Origin: Octopus bimaculoides
Taxonomy: Eukaryota
Assembly (NCBI RefSeq): GCF_001194135.2
Contig: NC_068986.1
Span: 90,681,444 to 90,745,443 of the forward strand
Length of the DNA stretch: 64,000 nt
Direction: 5' to 3'
Shown piece by piece: positions 52,646 to 64,000 of this stretch (position 1 is its first letter; each line of letters opens with the position of its first letter). The notes beneath the pieces are model-generated. The model did no database searches. It worked only from the letters and a program-made list of their open reading frames with translations, and had not been told where the DNA came from. The position numbers and the translations under genes are program-made.

Positions 52646-53984
52646 NNNNNNNNNNNNNNNNNNNNNNNNNNNNNNNNNNNNNNNNNNNNNNNNNNNNNNN
52701 NNNNNNNNNNNNNNNNNNNNNNNNNNNNNNNNNNNNNNNNNNNNNNNNNNNNNNNNNNNNNNNNNNNNNNNNNNNNNNNNNNNNNNNNNNNNNNNNNNNN
52801 NNNNNNNNNNNNNNNNNNNNNNNNNNNNNNNNNNNNNNNNNNNNNNNNNNNNNNNNNNNNNNNNNNNNNNNNNNNNNNNNNNNNNNNNNNNNNNNNNNNN
52901 NNNNNNNNNNNNNNNNNNNNNNNNNNNNNNNNNNNNNNNNNNNNNNNNNNNNNNNNNNNNNNNNNNNNNNNNNNNNNNNNNNNNNNNNNNNNNNNNNNNN
53001 NNNNNNNNNNNNNNNNNNNNNNNNNNNNNNNNNNNNNNNNNNNNNNNNNNNNNNNNNNNNNNNNNNNNNNNNNNNNNNNNNNNNNNNNNNNNNNNNNNNN
53101 NNNNNNNNNNNNNNNNNNNNNNNNNNNNNNNNNNNNNNNNNNNNNNNNNNNNNNNNNNNNNNNNNNNNNNNNNNNNNNNNNNNNNNNNNNNNNNNNNNNN
53201 NNNNNNNNNNNNNNNNNNNNNNNNNNNNNNNNNNNNNNNNNNNNNNNNNNNNNNNNNNNNNNNNNNNNNNNNNNNNNNNNNNNNNNNNNNNNNNNNNNNN
53301 NNNNNNNNNNNNNNNNNNNNNNNNNNNNNNNNNNNNNNNNNNNNNNNNNNNNNNNNNNNNNNNNNNNNNNNNNNNNNNNNNNNNNNNNNNNNNNNNNNNN
53401 NNNNNNNNNNNNNNNNNNNNNNNNNNNNNNNNNNNNNNNNNNNNNNNNNNNNNNNNNNNNNNNNNNNNNNNNNNNNNNNNNNNNNNNNNNNNNNNNNNNN
53501 NNNNNNNNNNNNNNNNNNNNNNNNNNNNNNATATATATATATATATATATATATACAAGAAAAATTAAGATAAACACAAGTGTATATTATTAAAATTGCC
53601 TGGAACACTGCATCGAGTGTTCCAAGTAGTTTTGTATACTTAACCAGAACATTTAATTGTATTAAAGTTGCAGAGAATGAATGCCCATTAGCATTGAAGT
53701 GTACTTGGAACATGCAATGCAGAGTACCAAGCAACCATATTGGTTAAGCGTACGTAGGAACTAATAGTATAAACTTATGTTTATCTAATCTCCCCTGTAT
53801 TTGCTCTGTATTTCATGTGGATCTCTAAACATAACAGTATCAGGCTCTTATCTTTAGCTGGCGAACGACTTCAAACAAAAGAACCTACTCAAAACTCCGA
53901 ATGGAATTTGATGTGGGACCCTGGGACATTTACTAACCCAAACTTCGGATCAGAAATCTACAATACACAATGACTTCGTCCACG

Positions 53985-54582
53985 CGTATGTTCTTGCCGA
54001 TTGCCGCTCGAAGGATGAGGTTGTTCAAATTCGCCGCTTCGTTTCGAGACGTCATTTACCCGCTAACGTCTCCCTTCAGTTCCGATGCATCACCCACACT
54101 ATGCCATATACACCTCTGGCCTAAATACCTCTTCATAATCTTTTCATTCCATTTCGAAGTTGTCCATCCACTTAAATGGACGTCAATACGTTTGTGACCT
54201 TTGCAAGTTTGTGGGACTGGCTTCACCCAAATATCATCCTCGATCTGAGTGAATGCAAGTCCTTTCTCTTCCTTGAAACGCTGTTATACCGTGCTCGGTT
54301 ATTACCATTCATATCTGAATACTGCTCTTTGTGGGACTCCTCGGCTTGTCCAACCCTGGGTCACATGTACCAAAAGACTATCTCAGTCGGGGAGATATAC
54401 CCCCTCTCGGCCATGACCTTGATTGTGCGATGGCGTCTTTCCACTATCCCGTTTCCACTCGACCTATACGCAGCTTCGAAAAAATGTCTCATATTCAACC
54501 TATTGAACATTTCATTCATAACCCTAAATGAAATGCTGTGCTGTTGTCGTCCATCGACAGTTCATCCACTGGCCTCTTTTTA
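53985..54582 (-). mobile_element. Decayed Gypsy-like integrase fragment
   Basis: GPVDELSMDDNSTAF...AAYRSSGNGIVERRHRTIKVMAERGGISP.E.VFWY. Confidence 0.75.
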
Positions 54583-54604
54583 AAAAATATCGCATTCAGC
54601 AATA

Positions 54605-55480
54605 CATGGGGCGATGGGTAAATTGTCGCCATTTTATATTTTCAATTTCCCACATGCACATTATCTATTTTTGATTTTGTCGACTACACAGTATGGTAGG
54701 GTGAGTTGAGCACCGTTTGTGAGAAAAACAGCACCATTACGCAATTCACTCTACAAAAAATTTGGAAACATGTTGCACTGCTTGGCATTCGCGCCGGAAG
54801 TTCCAGTACGAACATTTCAGAGTGTTTGGGTATCAATCTGAAGACAATGCAATCTGAGAACATGCACCGAGAGTGATAAAAATCAAACATCCAGTCAACA
54901 TCATTGTGTTTGGAGATCACCAGTGATGGTGACGTGATGCCTCCATTCATCATCCCACACGGCTTCAGACTCAACACTAATAACTGGAGGAGGTAGTGCT
55001 GGCCTGAATCAAGAAGGTGGCTACGGCAAGTCCCTATGTCTGGCAACAGGACTCCGCATCATGCCACACAAGCAGGAGAACCTATTCATGACTATCAGAC
55101 AATTTCTGCAACCACATCACCCCTAAAATCTGGCCACCTAATTCGCCAGACTGCAACCCCCTTGATTATTATATGTAGAGCGCAGTTAAGCGAGAGATCA
55201 ACAAAACTCCTTGCAACACTAAAGATGAACTGAAGGCAAAGCTTAAGGCAGCATTTACCAGCTTAAACAAGAAGACCGTCCAGAAGAGTTGCTGGAGATT
55301 CCGAAGTCGTCTGGAGGCCGTGGTTGAAGCTAACACCGCTTTCATGGAATAAATTTACTCTTTAGGATTTTAAGATATTTGTATGTAATTTTGGTAAATA
55401 TATCTGTTAAAATTAGATGCTAGTCTTATATTCATTTTTATTTTGCGTAATTTAGACAACAATATATTCACCGCACCTTG
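54605..55480 (+). mobile_element. Internally deleted Tc1/mariner element with both TIRs
   Basis: TA flanks; degenerate ~30-bp TIRs; VWQQDSASCHTS, WPPNSPDCNPLDY and RLEAVVEAN motifs. Confidence 0.85.
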
Positions 55481-55854
55481 TATATCTTAAAAATCACAGT
55501 AGAGATAAGTCCATAATATAAATAATATTGTATCAATAAATAAATAGATTAAAGTACAGCTATGATCATTAAAAATTTTTTTTTAGGTCTTGAAAACCTA
55601 AAAAATTGCTATAGTAGACATAGAACCGAATATAAGAATAGCAAAAGAACACTCGGGAAATACCATACAAATTCCAAAAATAGTCTATAACTATAATAAA
55701 TTACCTTGTATGAGTGGAAATAGGGAAATTATTTGGGATACACCCCCATTTTCAATAAAAGCTAAAGGACTCGCAAAAAATGTCTGAACATATATACACG
55801 CACCCACCCATACATACACACACACACACACATATATATATACATACACACATT

Positions 55855-56655
55855 TTTCTTTTTTTTGTAGCTTCAGCTCAGAGCTGTGACCATGCTGGGG
55901 CACCGCCGTTTTTGCCACACTCTTATTACTGAGAGCCTCCTCTAATATGTAGCACTTGGTAAAGAATGGAGTTTGATGTCGCTACCCTCATTTGCACCTC
56001 TTGCCGTGAAGTAGGTTCATCTGGGACTCTCGACAGGAAGAGGTCCAGTTTAGATTTAAAACACCTACATTCACTTTATGTGGGCCCCTCTGGCTCTTTG
56101 AGAGAGTATTAAAAAGCTGTGGGCCCCTGAAACCCAGGCTATTGCAGTAAATGGTCCTGAAGCGCGATGGCATTGCTGGGATCTTTGGCACTGTGCAGTG
56201 TCGACCAGTTCTGGCATTGGTGTAGCTTTCAATGCCAAAATTTGGCACAATTCCTTCCAGGATCTTCCAGATGTATATTACTGCATACTTCTTCCACCTT
56301 CGCTCCCGGGAGTAGAGTTTTAGCTGTTTCAGCCTTTCCCAGTGGCTGAGCTTTTGCAATGAGACGATCTTCCTCGTGAAACTTTGCCTGATTGCTTCAA
56401 GATCCGCTGTTAATTTTACACTGTTGGGTGGCCATAGCTGGGAGCAATAATCCAGGCGGCTGAGGACGAATGTCCTCCAGAGGACCATCATAGTTTCCTT
56501 TTCTCTAGTTCTGAACGTTCTCAGGATCCAGCCAGCCAGCCGTCTGCACTTTGTCGCCATCCTGGTAATGTGCACTTGGAAAGAGGTATAATCACTTATG
56601 TCGATACCCAGGTCCCTCACTGATTTAGGCTCTAGGATGTAATCCCCTGTGGACC
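55855..56655 (-). mobile_element. 5'-truncated CR1/L2-group LINE 3' end
   Basis: RDLGI...WILRTFRTRE...SRLDYCSQLW...WERLKQLKLYS; 3' tail ending in an A-rich run. Confidence 0.9.
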
Positions 56656-56798
56656 ATTAAATGAATTTATTGTCTTTCTGTATGAAACGATTGTATAACT
56701 GTATGAATAAAAAAAATTATCCATATTAACATCTAATCTCCTCCATTTACGTAAAATATTATTGAATTTATTGAACTTTGTTTAATAAGTTAAATTAT

Positions 56799-56839
<41 letters not shown>

Positions 56840-57759
56840 GCATAAATATATACACATATACATATACGTTCTTTCAGCCATTTTCTTCAAAAGTAAGCTT
56901 TGGTACTTTTAGCTTTTTAACCCTTTTAGCGTTGTAACCTTTTTATATCAGTCAAAAATTTTACAACCTATGTGATGCATGTTTTTTTTTTTTTTTTTTT
57001 TGGTATGTAGCGCCAGACGTGTGATCGAAGTGTATGACACTATAATGACAGCCCAAAAGACTCGCATGCGTACAAACTCCCCGCCATTACCGAATTGAGA
57101 AAGAGTTCTAGATTGAAAGGGTTAAATTTTCTTCTTTCTTTCGTTTTTATCAAAATATAGATCTTTTAAAATGATAGTGACATCCTGACTCAAAATTATT
57201 ACATTGTATACTTTTTATTTGTTTATACCTAATTATTGCAGACAATCCTAATATAAATCTATGTTAACTCATGCAATCTCTGTTGATATTCGATATGGTT
57301 AACGCTAATATATATATTTCTTCAACTCTTAGAATAATAATTATATTCATGGCAGTGTAACTAGATACAGAACTAATGTTTTAAGTGAGAGGAAATTTAC
57401 AAAAGACAAATGAGAAATAACTTCAACTGAAGACTGAATAAGTCTTTAGTTCTTCGCTTGTGAGGAATCTACTATTGGCTTGTTACACACTGTATTATAT
57501 ATCTATCTTTCTTTACACTTTCCTAAGTCGAACCCTGACAATGGAACTTTAAAACAGAATAAGATCAACAGAAATGCTATTATACGACTTCAAAAGTTTC
57601 TATTATACTTCCTTCGAACGTATGTCTTTATACGTCTTCGAAATGTAATACGCATATCACAATCCAATTAATGGAATTTGCACGGAAACTGTTCTGAAAA
57701 TATATTTGTTTCTTGATTTGAGAAAACTGATAATTCGCACTTTAAATTATTTTCTTAGC

Positions 57760-57871
57760 CTTGACCAGAGTGTATGGATTCGTGTTTAGGAACACAATCT
57801 CGTTTTGTTGACTGAAATATATTTAAAAAAAGAAGACATACATGTTAACTTCAACTGAATCGATCGTGTTG
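57760..57871 (+). other. Probable 5' non-coding exon / proximal promoter block of gene C
   Basis: Homologous to 5156-5265; donor GTACAT at 57872 gives a 165-nt intron ending at the ATG exon. Confidence 0.55.
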
Positions 57872-58036
57872 GTACATGAAGAAACATATACGCATAGTAA
57901 AATATTCAAAAGATAAAGTGCTAAATTTGCATAAGTTACCGTCGAGTAAATTTAACACTTTATCTTTCCTTTTTTTTTTTCTAGCAATATGACCGTAGGA
58001 GATATATTTTACATGTTTATTCTATATTACTTACAG

Positions 58037-58109
58037 ATGCAGACATTTCCAATAGTTTTCCTTTCACTTGCAGTCCCTGTATCTTCTCTCGTTACAGACC
58101 TTTCTTCAG
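58037..58109 (+). CDS. Gene C coding exon 1, signal peptide: MQTFPIVFLSLAVPVSSLVTDLSS(E)
   Basis: ATG directly after ttacttacAG; donor GTATAT; phase 1; homologous to the signal exons of genes A and B. Confidence 0.82.
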
Positions 58110-58414
58110 GTATATTCCAATATTCTTAAACTCCTAAGCTTTTATCTGTATCACTGAACAAGCCATTATCGAAACCGACATACGAAACCATAATCACTCT
58201 CTCCCCTTATCTCTCTTTCACTCGCCCACTCTGATATTTAAAAATTTCCAGATATTGCATTGGATTTTTAAGGAACTGGGAATAAATAAACTATGATTCC
58301 GTAACATAAATAATTAAAGTTTTGATGTTATCTCTTTACAAGACATAAACCCTAGAATATAACTTATTATATTTCAGAACAAGATAAATTTGTAATATTT
58401 TACACCTTAATAAG

Positions 58415-58965
58415 GTGACCAGTTGGTAGAATCGTTAGCACGCCGGGCAAAATGCTGAGCGGCATTTCGTCAGTTTTTACGTTCTAAGTTCAAAATCTAC
58501 CGAGGTCGACTTTATATTTCATCCTTTCTGGGTCGATAAAATAAATACTAGTTGAGCTCTTGGGTCGGTGTAATCGGTTAATCCGCTCCCCTGAAATTGC
58601 AGGTCTTGTGCCAAAATTTGAAACCAATATTGCATCTGCCTCTTCCGGTTCTTAAGGTTGAGGTTAACTTTACCTGTCAACTTTTCAGGGTCAACAAAAT
58701 AAAGTACCAGCCAAGTATTGGGTAGGGAGGATATGATGCAGTCGACTTGCCGTCTCCCCTCAAAATTGCTAAAAATTAGAAAGAAGTATTATTTCTCTGC
58801 TTTTTCTAGATCTTTACGATCAGCGTTCAAATTTCGCAGAGGTTGATTTTACCTTTCATTCTTTCGTACTCGATAAAATAAGTACCAGTTGAGCACTGGG
58901 ATCAATTCAATCGACTAACTTCCTCTCGCTAAAATTACTAGCATTGTGCCGTAGTTAGAAACAAT
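58415..58965 (+). mobile_element. Three adjacent SINE S2 copies or fragments in gene C intron
   Basis: S2 core repeated at about 58415-58630, 58640-58780 and 58810-58965. Confidence 0.75.
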
Positions 58966-59740
58966 ATTACTTAGCTGTTTGTCACTCAGGTTGTGCAGCT
59001 TTCAAATAATTTCATGCTATTTGGAGGAGGGGCGATGCAATTATGCAATTTCTGCAACGCATGTGACATGTAATATGATAGGTAGAAAATACTTGAGGTT
59101 TAAATCTTAAGTCTTACTGTAGACTAGTTGTAATGTTTTACGTAATAGATTTAATTTAACATCAAAACATAACATGGCTCACGGTTTGATTTAACAGATT
59201 CCATGTTGCTGCAAGCAATGGAGTTATAAAAAATTAATATTATGCAAACATATGAAGAATTGTACCCAGGAATTGTTAGCTGAATTCGGACGCAACTCAG
59301 CTACTCAAATAATAGATATGTCTCCCTTGGAACAAAGTCACTGAATTATTTTTGCCTTTTGTACGTTCTGCACCTCCTCTTGAACGGCTACACAAGGCTT
59401 TACTAAAAAATATCTCTTTAACTATTGACTACCTACAAAGTAGGTTTTCTTTTAAGTCTGTAAATACGTTTTAACAATACTTTTCTAAGTCTCTGCAGCT
59501 CTAACCTAATTTACAATACACTCTTTCTCCGCTTTTATTTTTACTTTTTTATAATTTTCTCGTTATGTTTGTTACGCGTCATAACCCCCACTTGATTTTT
59601 CTCCTCGTTCTCTCTAATATATTATTTACTTAACACCCAAAAATCGAATTTTCACCGCAATTTCAAGTAGAGTAAATCTCAAACTAAACTAAATGCTAAT
59701 CCACATCTTCAATCAAAGAAAAACGTTTCTCTTTTTACAG

Positions 59741-59863
59741 AATGTAATGGCTGTTATTTGGACGGAAAATGCTTTTGTAATCATACGGTAGGCCTTTTTA
59801 GAACACTGTATGAATGTAAGGAAATAATGTGCGTTGAAAAAACATACACAATTTTAAAGTGGT
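59741..59863 (+). CDS. Gene C coding exon 2: (E)CNGCYLDGKCFCNHTVGLFRTLYECKEIMCVEKTYTILKW
   Basis: Acceptor aacgtttctctttttacAG and donor GTAAGT; 123 nt, phase 1-1, open. Confidence 0.9.
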
Positions 59864-61662
59864 GTAAGTAAAAATCTAAAATGTTTCCTCCACATAATTC
59901 CTATTCCAAACATTTTTATGTTGTCAATAAACTTTATGTAGTTTTTAAAAAATCAATTAATTAATAATACCTTTTCAATGAAGAAGGGAATAAAGGGACC
60001 TTTTGAAATTGTTTTGCTCACTACATTACATTAGCATTCGCTTAACTATTGTATTTTATACAGAAGCTAAGTAACTTCTCTCAATTATTACACAACGTGA
60101 TCTTGTCATCTCGTGAATTTTTTTGTACATCAATATAGTGAGCCTTTATCACTGAATCTTGCAAGTGCTGGAAAGGCTATGCTTCACAGAAACGGCTGAG
60201 TAAAAGTGAAACGTACTCAATGCTGTCAGATTAAATTATGTTTTCAGTCCTTCATTCCATGTGTAATTCGAATTTTAATTAAATTTTCTGAGTAGTTTCT
60301 TTTACTTAGACCGGTTTGTATTATTACCAGTCATTGAGACTGTTTCCATTTTCATTGCAAAGGTAACTTTAATTCGTTGAAATTTTTGTTTCATTACGTT
60401 ATGTTAACTCTCCCTCATTTACGTTACCACAGTTTTCGTTTTTATAAGTAATTTCTAGCATAGTTCTTGTATACTATGATTTTTATAACAAATATCTGAC
60501 TTCCATTTCGTAATGTATTCTACTTTTGTGAAATTGTTTTATAACCATTTCTTACACTTATAAATTGAAATACATGTGTCAGTGGATGAAGTTCCTATAA
60601 GCTCGAAAATTACTAAGAGGAAATTTAGGAGGAAGATAGTTCTCGATCGAAAATATTGTACAAAATGTTTTGTTTGAATACTAGTATTTTTGTGACAGAA
60701 GAGAATTCCTTACATGTACACCGTCAATTTATTCACAGGAGAAGAGACTGGAGTAATAAGTACAGAATAGACAAAGAGATCCACACGCCAAAGAGGAGAA
60801 ACTATTAAACAACAATAAAACCACTTTAACTTCAGGATGGCAGCCCAGGATGAAATCAGGTTGTCTGTGGACAATGTAACACAGAAGTCGTCGTGTGTGA
60901 TGCGAAGGTAGTGTAGGACAGCAATAGCAATAGATACAGCGATAAGTAGGAACAACGAAAAGCCTTTTCATAATCAGGTTAAACAAGTCCTCTTTCAAAA
61001 TCTAGGAAAGACATAACATCACAGCGTTAGCAAGACACACATGGTGTTCAAAAAAAATATTTGTCAACTAGAGACTGCTGAAAACGTGCTAACCGTATCT
61101 CAATAGAAACAGGAGTTGAAAATTATTTGGCAAAAAAGAATTATCCTGAACATTTCGCTACACCCCGGAACATTTCTGAACTCTAAAAGCGAGATTTTTC
61201 TCTCATACCCTCATGAATAGAAGAATATTTTATGTAATTGGTCGAGCCCAATTACACTAATCACTGTTGGTTACCCCTTTTCATGTTTATTACAGCCTTT
61301 ATATATTCATCCTTTCTTGCGTACTGTGACTCACATTCTTTCCTCCCCTCTGACCATTGCTTTAGAACTATATACTTCCTCTTCCCCTATATCTCTTTCA
61401 CCTTTCACCTCCCTCCCTTCCTTCATATCTGTCTTACTCTCATTCGCTCTTTATGTCACTTCCTTGCTTTCTCATTATTTTAAAATATTTCCCCAAAATA
61501 ACATATACACACAGGCATATATTTAATATTCCTCCACAAACTGGTAAATTACAACCACCTCTGTCTCTCATATTTCCTTCCTGACTCCTCTCTTTCATCC
61601 TCTCCCTTCATTCCCACTCCGCTCAGATATATATATATATATATATACACACNNNNNNNNNN

Positions 61663-61705
<43 letters not shown>

Positions 61706-62103
61706 AGTGTATTGAAGACACGTTGTACATTAATCAGGCTTACAGGATGTAATTTTAACTTCACAGGCCAATCTGGGGAAAATAAGTCTGGAAAGGCTAA
61801 ACCCTGCATTGCATATTGCAGAGATTTTTCGATGGGGTTTCAGGGTATGACAAGGTTCTTTCTTATTTTTACTACAATCAAGAACTCCGAGTTGTTGACC
61901 GAAACTTTTTCTTTCGATCCTTCGGTTCAAAATAGTCCAAACTATATATTTCCGATTGGCCATGTCTAGTAATTATTTAATAAGTTTTTCCTTCTGTAGA
62001 GAAGCTTAACTATTTATGAAACTGCCCGGTAATATTTGGTCGTATGTGAACCTTAATTTAATAATACTGTATAAAATGAGCACGTGTGTGTGTTAAGAGA
62101 AAT

Positions 62104-62796
62104 CGGATCTATTTTAAAACGGGGGCGCCAGTATTTTCTTAACGAAACACTAACGAAACACTTTGAAACTTGGGACACTGGTAGAATGTGTCATATAAAA
62201 CATCTTTTACTCTTAGTCTTCTGAACAAAAAAAAGGAATTCGCAAGTTATTCCATGTTAAAGTTGTCGTATTTCTGTAATTTCAACCAATCACTGACGTC
62301 TATTCAGCTGAATAGAGTTACTGCTGGGCGGTCATAAAAATGTTATTCCCTGTGACATATTTCATCCGGTTTAATCGTAATTTATACGCATATATTGTTT
62401 ATATAATAAATTACGCTGTGCGTATCTATATGCGTAACAATTTTAGAGTTCGGATTCTAGAGTTAGGGTTACGGTTACGGTTAACAGTCTAGTTAGGGTT
62501 AGGGTTAGTTTTAGGGTTAGGGTTACGGTTAACAGCCTAGTTAGGGTTAGGGTTAGGGGATTAATACGATATACACCGTTACAGCGCTAACTGTTTTCAA
62601 CTGAATAGACGTCAGTGATTAGTAGAAATTATCGAAATAAGACAATTTTTTACATGAAATAAATTCGAATACAAAATTTTTTTTCTGTTCTATAACACAA
62701 AATAGATAAGTATACGAAGTTTGAAAGTCTTTCGGTACCAAAAACACTACATAAAACATAAATGAAAACTGGCGCCCCCGTTTTAAAATAGATCCG
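62104..62796. mobile_element. 693-bp MITE with perfect 29-bp TIRs, 6-bp TSD and an internal TTAGGG-type array
   Basis: CGGATCTATTTTAAAACGGGGGCGCCAGT at both ends; AGAAAT duplicated; TTAGGG/TTACGG repeats at 62460-62560. Confidence 0.9.
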
Positions 62797-62854
62797 AGAA
62801 ATCAGTAAAAATATGCATTTCAAGTATTATGATGAATTGTAATTGCCTTTTCAG

Positions 62855-62986
62855 ATTGTAAAGACAATAAAGGAAATTGCTTGGAACATGGAGAACATCG
62901 TGTCGGTGTTATAAACAATCAATGTGTCACATTTACTTGTATAGTATGGCGTCAAATACCACGAATGGGTGTACGGCGAAATTTTA
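62855..62986 (+). CDS. Gene C coding exon 3: (Y)CKDNKGNCLEHGEHRVGVINNQCVTFTCIVWRQIPRMGVRRNF
   Basis: Acceptor gccttttcAG and donor GTAAGT; 132 nt, phase 1-1, open. Confidence 0.9.
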
Positions 62987-63060
62987 GTAAGTAAACTTTA
63001 ATATTTGACTGTTTGTGCATATAGTTAAGTTTCTATCGCACACACACACACACACATAAA

Positions 63061-63226
63061 TCAAAGGGTCAGCCTTGTCACACTGAATATCCCGAGAGCT
63101 ACGTTAAGGGCACACGTGTCTGTGGAGTGCTCAGCCACTTGCACGTTAATTTCACGAGCGGGCTGTTCCGTTGATTGGATCAACTGGAACCCTCGACGTC
63201 GTAAGCGACGGAGTGCCAACAACAAT
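63061..63226 (+). mobile_element. 5'-truncated SINE family S1
   Basis: Matches the 3' half of 10288-10670. Confidence 0.88.
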
Positions 63227-63714
63227 ACTAAATCGAAGAAATAAAGCCAAATAAAACTGAAATAACAGAATCTCTGCTGTACCAAAGTAGAAACATTGGT
63301 AAGGTTAGTGCCTCATAGTTGCTTTTGTACTCTTTAGTTTATCATACGAATATTAGATAACGCTCTTGAATTTGTTGTTCTTAAAACTTTGGTTAAAAAC
63401 AATCTGCTTGGATCAAAATAGAACAAAATACAAGCTGATTGCATATAAGCCGATGACCAGTGGAAACCATTGAGCATACAATGGTTGCTGATAATCTCTA
63501 AACTGAAAAAGCATCTCGGTCATCCCTTGAAAACGGTAAATCTCTTTAAAATTGGACACAGTGGATTACAAAAACCATTGCATGAAATTCGCTGTCAAAG
63601 ATTATCATATACATGCAGGCCATAACTAGCGTGGATTAATGAGTTGGACCACAGTTACCAGTTGAACAATGGCCATCTATTTCTACATCAAACCCTATAC
63701 TTCTTTAATAATCC

Positions 63715-63900
63715 TTTCTATTATAGGCACAAGGCTTGAAATTTTGGGGGAGGAGTAAGTCAGTTATATCGACCCCCAAGTGCTCAACTGGTACTTAATT
63801 TATCGACCCTGAAAGGATGAAAGGCAAGGTCGACCTCGGCGGAATTCGAATTCAGAATGTGACAGCAGACGAAATACCACTATGCTAGCTCGCCGCCTTG
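63715..63900 (-). mobile_element. SINE family S2
   Basis: Conserved core on the minus strand. Confidence 0.8.
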
Positions 63901-63976
63901 TGCTTTTTTAATAATAAATTCCATTAACTGTGATGATCTCCATTGATCTCAAAATGAAGGTTAAGGAAATCTTCAG

Positions 63977-64000
63977 TATGTCCATTGAAGCATAAGGTGC
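63977..64000 (+). CDS. Candidate start of gene C terminal exon: (I)CPLKHKV..., cut by the window end
   Basis: cttcAG followed by phase-1 C-x-L-x-H, matching CTLQH of the gene B candidate. The polypyrimidine tract is poor and only 24 nt are visible. Confidence 0.35.

Noticed and set aside
60730-61200. Long plus-strand frame with few stops inside gene C intron
   Set aside because: Several stops, no recognisable motif and no splice support.

Overview
AT-rich animal genomic DNA with many microsatellites and N gaps. The SINE/LINE content looks like an octopus (coleoid cephalopod) scaffold; this comes from recalled repeat families and was not checked. Most of the window is transposon debris: a full-length decayed Chapaev3-type element, R4/Dong-like RLE LINE pieces, a near-full-length CR1/L2-group LINE, Gypsy, mariner and Penelope fragments, four tRNA-derived SINE families and several foldback MITEs. 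The main result is absent from the ORF track. Manual splicing reveals three paralogous multi-exon genes for small secreted cysteine-rich proteins: gene A (minus; 4990 to 97, continuing off the left edge), gene B (minus; 20929 to 12608, apparently complete at 131 aa) and gene C (plus; 58037 to the right edge). They share a signal-peptide exon, phase-1 exons of near-identical length and a fixed 10(-12)-Cys scaffold with highly variable loops. I do not recognise the family. Coordinates were counted by hand; boundaries of decayed repeats are approximate.
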